A DNA stretch of 64,000 bases. Source: an uncultured bacterium (lineage in GTDB: Bacteria > Bacteroidota > Bacteroidia > Bacteroidales > Muribaculaceae). Shown here piece by piece: positions 60,847-64,000 of the stretch (positions within the stretch are counted from its first letter, which is position 1; each line of letters opens with the position of its first letter). The translations under genes were made by a program, and so were the position numbers. The stretch lies in NCBI GenBank assembly GCA_905214735.1, contig CAJMNI010000001.1:27504-91503 (forward strand), written 5' to 3'. Under the pieces are notes generated by a model. It did no database searches and was not told where the DNA came from. It saw only the letters and a list, made by a program, of their open reading frames with translations.

Positions 60847-61530
60847 CTATTTTTTAAGTTCGTAATTCTTGCCGGTCCAGAGATAGACGATCTCAGGCAC
60901 GAGATATGGCTTCACTTTCTCATAATCCTCCTGCGTCAGATATCCCTCTACCGTGAGCCGCGCCGTGAGCGACGTGTTGTCGGGCGAAAGACGATACTCC
61001 ACCGTCGGGAACGGTATCAGATCGAGAAGCGACTGTTTCTCCTTATGATTCCTCCCCTCCTTCGTGAGGAAGTTCTCCAGGCGGGCGGGTTTGAAATACT
61101 TGTTCCTCTTCAGCTCGGTCATCGCCGGGTCGTAGAATCTGACATCGCTGTCGGCGGCGTCAGACCCTCCGCCGAGAGTGTAGACCGTCACCAGCACATT
61201 CTCTTTCTTTCCCGGAAGGATGCGGAAGGTCATCGTCGACACCGGAGTGAGCTGCACCTTCAGATAATCGCTCGTGAGCGGACGGCTCAGCTTCGTCTCC
61301 CCGTCGAGCGAGTTATAGACGGTCTGAAGCGTGTCGGCCGCCATATAATCGAGCAGGTCGAGACGCGACGAACGGTTGAGCAATTCGATGCCCGGGGCGT
61401 CGAGCGAGATAAAAGCGCGCGAAGCTGTGAAGCCGGCTGTGTCAAGACGTTCCACTGCCCCGGCCTCCGCAGCCGCAGAAAGGAATGCTGCGGCCAATAC
61501 TGCCGATCTGATATAGATTGCGGTTTTCAT
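60847..61530 (-). CDS. Secreted hypothetical protein (DUF3256-like)
   Basis: 227 aa with signal peptide. Start/stop overlaps the helicase gene (ATGA). Confidence 0.45.
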   Translation of the reverse strand: MKTAIYIRSAVLAAAFLSAAAEAGAVERLDTAGFTASRAFISLDAPGIELLNRSSRLDLLDYMAADTLQTVYNSLDGETKLSRPLTSDYLKVQLTPVSTMTFRILPGKKENVLVTVYTLGGGSDAADSDVRFYDPAMTELKRNKYFKPARLENFLTKEGRNHKEKQSLLDLIPFPTVEYRLSPDNTSLTARLTVEGYLTQEDYEKVKPYLVPEIVYLWTGKNYELKK

Positions 61531-63674
61531 TTCTTTTTCTTTATGAAGATATCGTAATTGCCGTTGTATTTCGGTTTCGATTTCTTATCGGCTTTCTTGT
61601 CCCCCTTCTTCGCTTTTGCGCCATACTTTCCACCCTTATCCTTCTTGCGCTTCTTGTCGTCGCGGCCCGTTTTGTAAGCCTCGCGACGCATTCCGCGTCG
61701 TTCGCCGGGGGTGAAATCAGCTGTCTCCGCTGCATAGTCGCGTCCGGCCTCAGCCACTTCCGCACGGATTTTCTCGCCGAAAAATTCGGCATGGCGCAGC
61801 GCGTCGAGCACCCGCCGGGCATCGTCGGAGCGGACGTCGAAGAGTGTATATCCGGGCATCAGGTCGATGCGTCCGATTTCGGGTTTCGGCCCGTTGACAT
61901 TGCGGTTCACAAGCTCCATCAGGTTGCCGGGGAAGAAGCCCGAACCTTTGCCGATGTTCACCATCAGGCGGGTATAACCCTTCTCGGCGTCGCGGCGGTC
62001 TTTGTCGCCGGGCTCGCGTCGCTCCTCTTTCCTTTTCTCTCCACGCTCTCCTTTTTCTCCTCTTTCCTTCTTCTTGCCCTTCTCCTTTTCATCGAGATCT
62101 ATGTCGGGCATGTTCTGATAATAGGAAAGGAGCCTGTTGAACTCAAGCGAGAGAACGCGCTTCAGCAGGTCTTCCTCAGAGAGCCATTCGAGTTTCTTGC
62201 GCACTCCGGGAAGATATTTGGAGATTTCCTGCTCGTTGACCTCCACGCGCTCCAGACGGTCGGCGAGGTTATAGAGCTGTTTTTCTATGATATGGTCGGG
62301 AGTCGGCACCTTGCGATATTCAAATTCGCGGCCGATCACCTTCTCGATCTGGCGGATTTTCCCCTTCTCGCGACCATGGATAATGGCGATGGAGACGCCT
62401 GTCTTGTTGGCGCGCCCCGTTCGCCCCGACCTGTGGGTATAGACCGCCGCATCGTCGGGAAGGCCGTAATTGATCACATGGCTGAGATCGTCGACGTCGA
62501 GGCCGCGGGCAGCCACATCTGTGGCCACGAGCAACTGCGTGACATGATCGCGGAATTTCTTCATCGCCAGGTCGCGCTGCGCCTGCGATAGATCACCGTG
62601 GAGGCAATCTGCGTTATAGCCGTCGGCAATCAGTTTGTCGGCGATCTCCTGCGTTTCGCGTTTCGTACGGCAGAACACGATGCCGTAGATGTTCGGGCTG
62701 TTGTCGACGATGCGTTTCAGGGCCAGATATTTGTCGTGGGCCTTCACCATGTAATAGATGTGGCGCACGTTTTTCGTTCCCTCGTTGCGGTTGCCGGCCA
62801 CGAATTCCACCGGGGACTTCATATATTTCTTTGCGATTCCGGCGATCTCCTTGGGCATTGTGGCGGAAAACATCAGCATTTTCCTGTCGTCGGGAACGTG
62901 GGAGAGGATCTCGTCGATATCGTCGAGGAATCCCATGTTGAGCATCTCGTCGGCCTCGTCGAGCACCACCGTGTGGACATCTTCGAGCCTGACGACACCC
63001 CGCTTGATAAGGTCGATCAGGCGCCCCGGAGTGGCCACTATCACCTGCACGCCGTTGCGCAGCGCGCGTATCTGGCTTTCGATGCTCGACCCGCCGTAGA
63101 CGGGAAGGATCTTGAGGCCGTCGACATATTTGCAGAAATCTGCGAGGTCGCCGGCTATCTGAAGGCACAGCTCGCGCGTCGGGGCGATGATGAGTGCCTG
63201 GGGATTACGGTTTTCAATATCTACGCGCTGAAGAAGCGGCAATCCGAAGGCGGCGGTCTTTCCGGTGCCGGTCTGAGCCAGTCCTACCACATCCCCCTCT
63301 TTCGAAAGCAGATGCGGTATCACCATCTCCTGAATGGGCATCGGATGCTCGAAACCCATCTCTTCGATCGCTTTGAGGAATCGGGGTTCCACACCGAGAT
63401 CGGCAAAGCTGCGGTCGGCCACATCGTTGGCCCGGAAACTCCCGTCGCGCTTCTCAGGATTGTAATCCTGACTCAGCGGACCTATTTCAGGCTTCATGTC
63501 GCCATATACTTCCGCTCCGGCGGGAGCCACCTCGTCGGAACTCGGCTCGCTCTCCGGATCCACCTTCGCATCGCTTATGCCGTCGGTCTGGATGCTGCGT
63601 ACGTCGAATCCTTTATCGTCTCGCTCACCGCCGGCCTCGGCGGCCTGCGGGGTAGCTGTTTCCATATTTTTCAT
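61527..63674 (-). CDS. DEAD-box ATP-dependent RNA helicase with acidic N-terminal extension and basic C-terminal tail
   Basis: Q-motif region FADLGV...PMPIQ, Walker A AQTGTGKT, DEAD (VLDEADEM), SAT, HRSGRTGR motifs. DbpA-like RNA-binding domain. Lys/Arg-rich C-terminus. Confidence 0.9.
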   Translation of the reverse strand: MKNMETATPQAAEAGGERDDKGFDVRSIQTDGISDAKVDPESEPSSDEVAPAGAEVYGDMKPEIGPLSQDYNPEKRDGSFRANDVADRSFADLGVEPRFLKAIEEMGFEHPMPIQEMVIPHLLSKEGDVVGLAQTGTGKTAAFGLPLLQRVDIENRNPQALIIAPTRELCLQIAGDLADFCKYVDGLKILPVYGGSSIESQIRALRNGVQVIVATPGRLIDLIKRGVVRLEDVHTVVLDEADEMLNMGFLDDIDEILSHVPDDRKMLMFSATMPKEIAGIAKKYMKSPVEFVAGNRNEGTKNVRHIYYMVKAHDKYLALKRIVDNSPNIYGIVFCRTKRETQEIADKLIADGYNADCLHGDLSQAQRDLAMKKFRDHVTQLLVATDVAARGLDVDDLSHVINYGLPDDAAVYTHRSGRTGRANKTGVSIAIIHGREKGKIRQIEKVIGREFEYRKVPTPDHIIEKQLYNLADRLERVEVNEQEISKYLPGVRKKLEWLSEEDLLKRVLSLEFNRLLSYYQNMPDIDLDEKEKGKKKERGEKGERGEKRKEERREPGDKDRRDAEKGYTRLMVNIGKGSGFFPGNLMELVNRNVNGPKPEIGRIDLMPGYTLFDVRSDDARRVLDALRHAEFFGEKIRAEVAEAGRDYAAETADFTPGERRGMRREAYKTGRDDKKRKKDKGGKYGAKAKKGDKKADKKSKPKYNGNYDIFIKKKK

Positions 63675-63913
63675 TTCGGGTTATATCTCAGTTTATATAG
63701 ATAACGTTATTCCGAGCCCATACGGTCGAAATAACGACAAAAAAAATTGATTGTCATCACGACAACCAATCTTGCGTTAACCTTAAAATCTAATACCATG
63801 AAAAACTCAATGCAAAATTAGAAAATATTTTTCAAACACTGCTAAACAACATATAAATTTTTCTTCGATTTAACCACTTTTAACATTTACGCCCGCCATC
63901 GGATTTTATTTTA

Positions 63914-63950
63914 ACAAATAAAAGGGCGCACCTTGCGATGCGCCCTTCAG
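63914..63950 (-). terminator. Hairpin AAGGGCGCA-ccttgcga-TGCGCCCTT with U-rich tail on the minus strand
   Basis: 9-bp stem. On the minus strand it is followed by TTATTTGTTAAAATAAAA. Likely terminator of a minus-strand gene beyond the window end. Confidence 0.5.
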
Positions 63951-64000
63951 AAGCAGGGAATCGATTATTTACCTTGTATTACTTGCTATCTTGCCTAATC

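Noticed and set aside
1-64000. Searched intergenic regions for tRNA/rRNA genes, CRISPR arrays, IS elements and integrases
   Set aside because: No cloverleaf-like tRNA sequences and no regularly spaced direct repeats. No transposase or integrase ORFs, and no terminal inverted repeats flanking the low-GC block.

Overview
This 64-kb window is a high-GC (~60%) Bacteroidia chromosome segment. It carries Bacteroidetes-type promoter motifs (TAnnTTTG), many proteins ending in type IX secretion system (T9SS) C-terminal sorting domains, and a porU-porV gene pair. Housekeeping operons make up most of it: queD-queE-queF behind nif3/COG1579/aspS, pta-ackA-lgt, sufC-sufD-sufS, ispF, rex, hpt-adk, gltX and waaA. 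Two accessory islands stand out. The first (26.0-35.3 kb) is a T9SS block: a gingipain-like C25 peptidase paralog, then rex, an FAH-family gene, porU, porV and ispF, with rex/FAH/porU translationally coupled. The second (35.4-42.7 kb) is a cell-envelope locus with no assignable function. It holds a membrane-anchored GH25 muramidase, a 608-aa polytopic membrane protein, and a divergently transcribed, lower-GC tandem array of three paralogous ~500-aa polytopic membrane proteins. The middle copy of that array is broken by a frameshift inside an A8 homopolymer, which makes it a candidate phase-variable switch. The window also contains at least six T9SS cargo genes: a 2588-aa S8 subtilase megaprotein, a GLUG-repeat protein, and three paralogous cargos that each combine a beta-propeller, Fn3 domains and a choice-of-anchor-J domain. 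No tRNA, rRNA, CRISPR array, transposase, integrase or reverse transcriptase was found. Many long ORFs run antisense to real genes; these are artefacts of the GC-rich composition.
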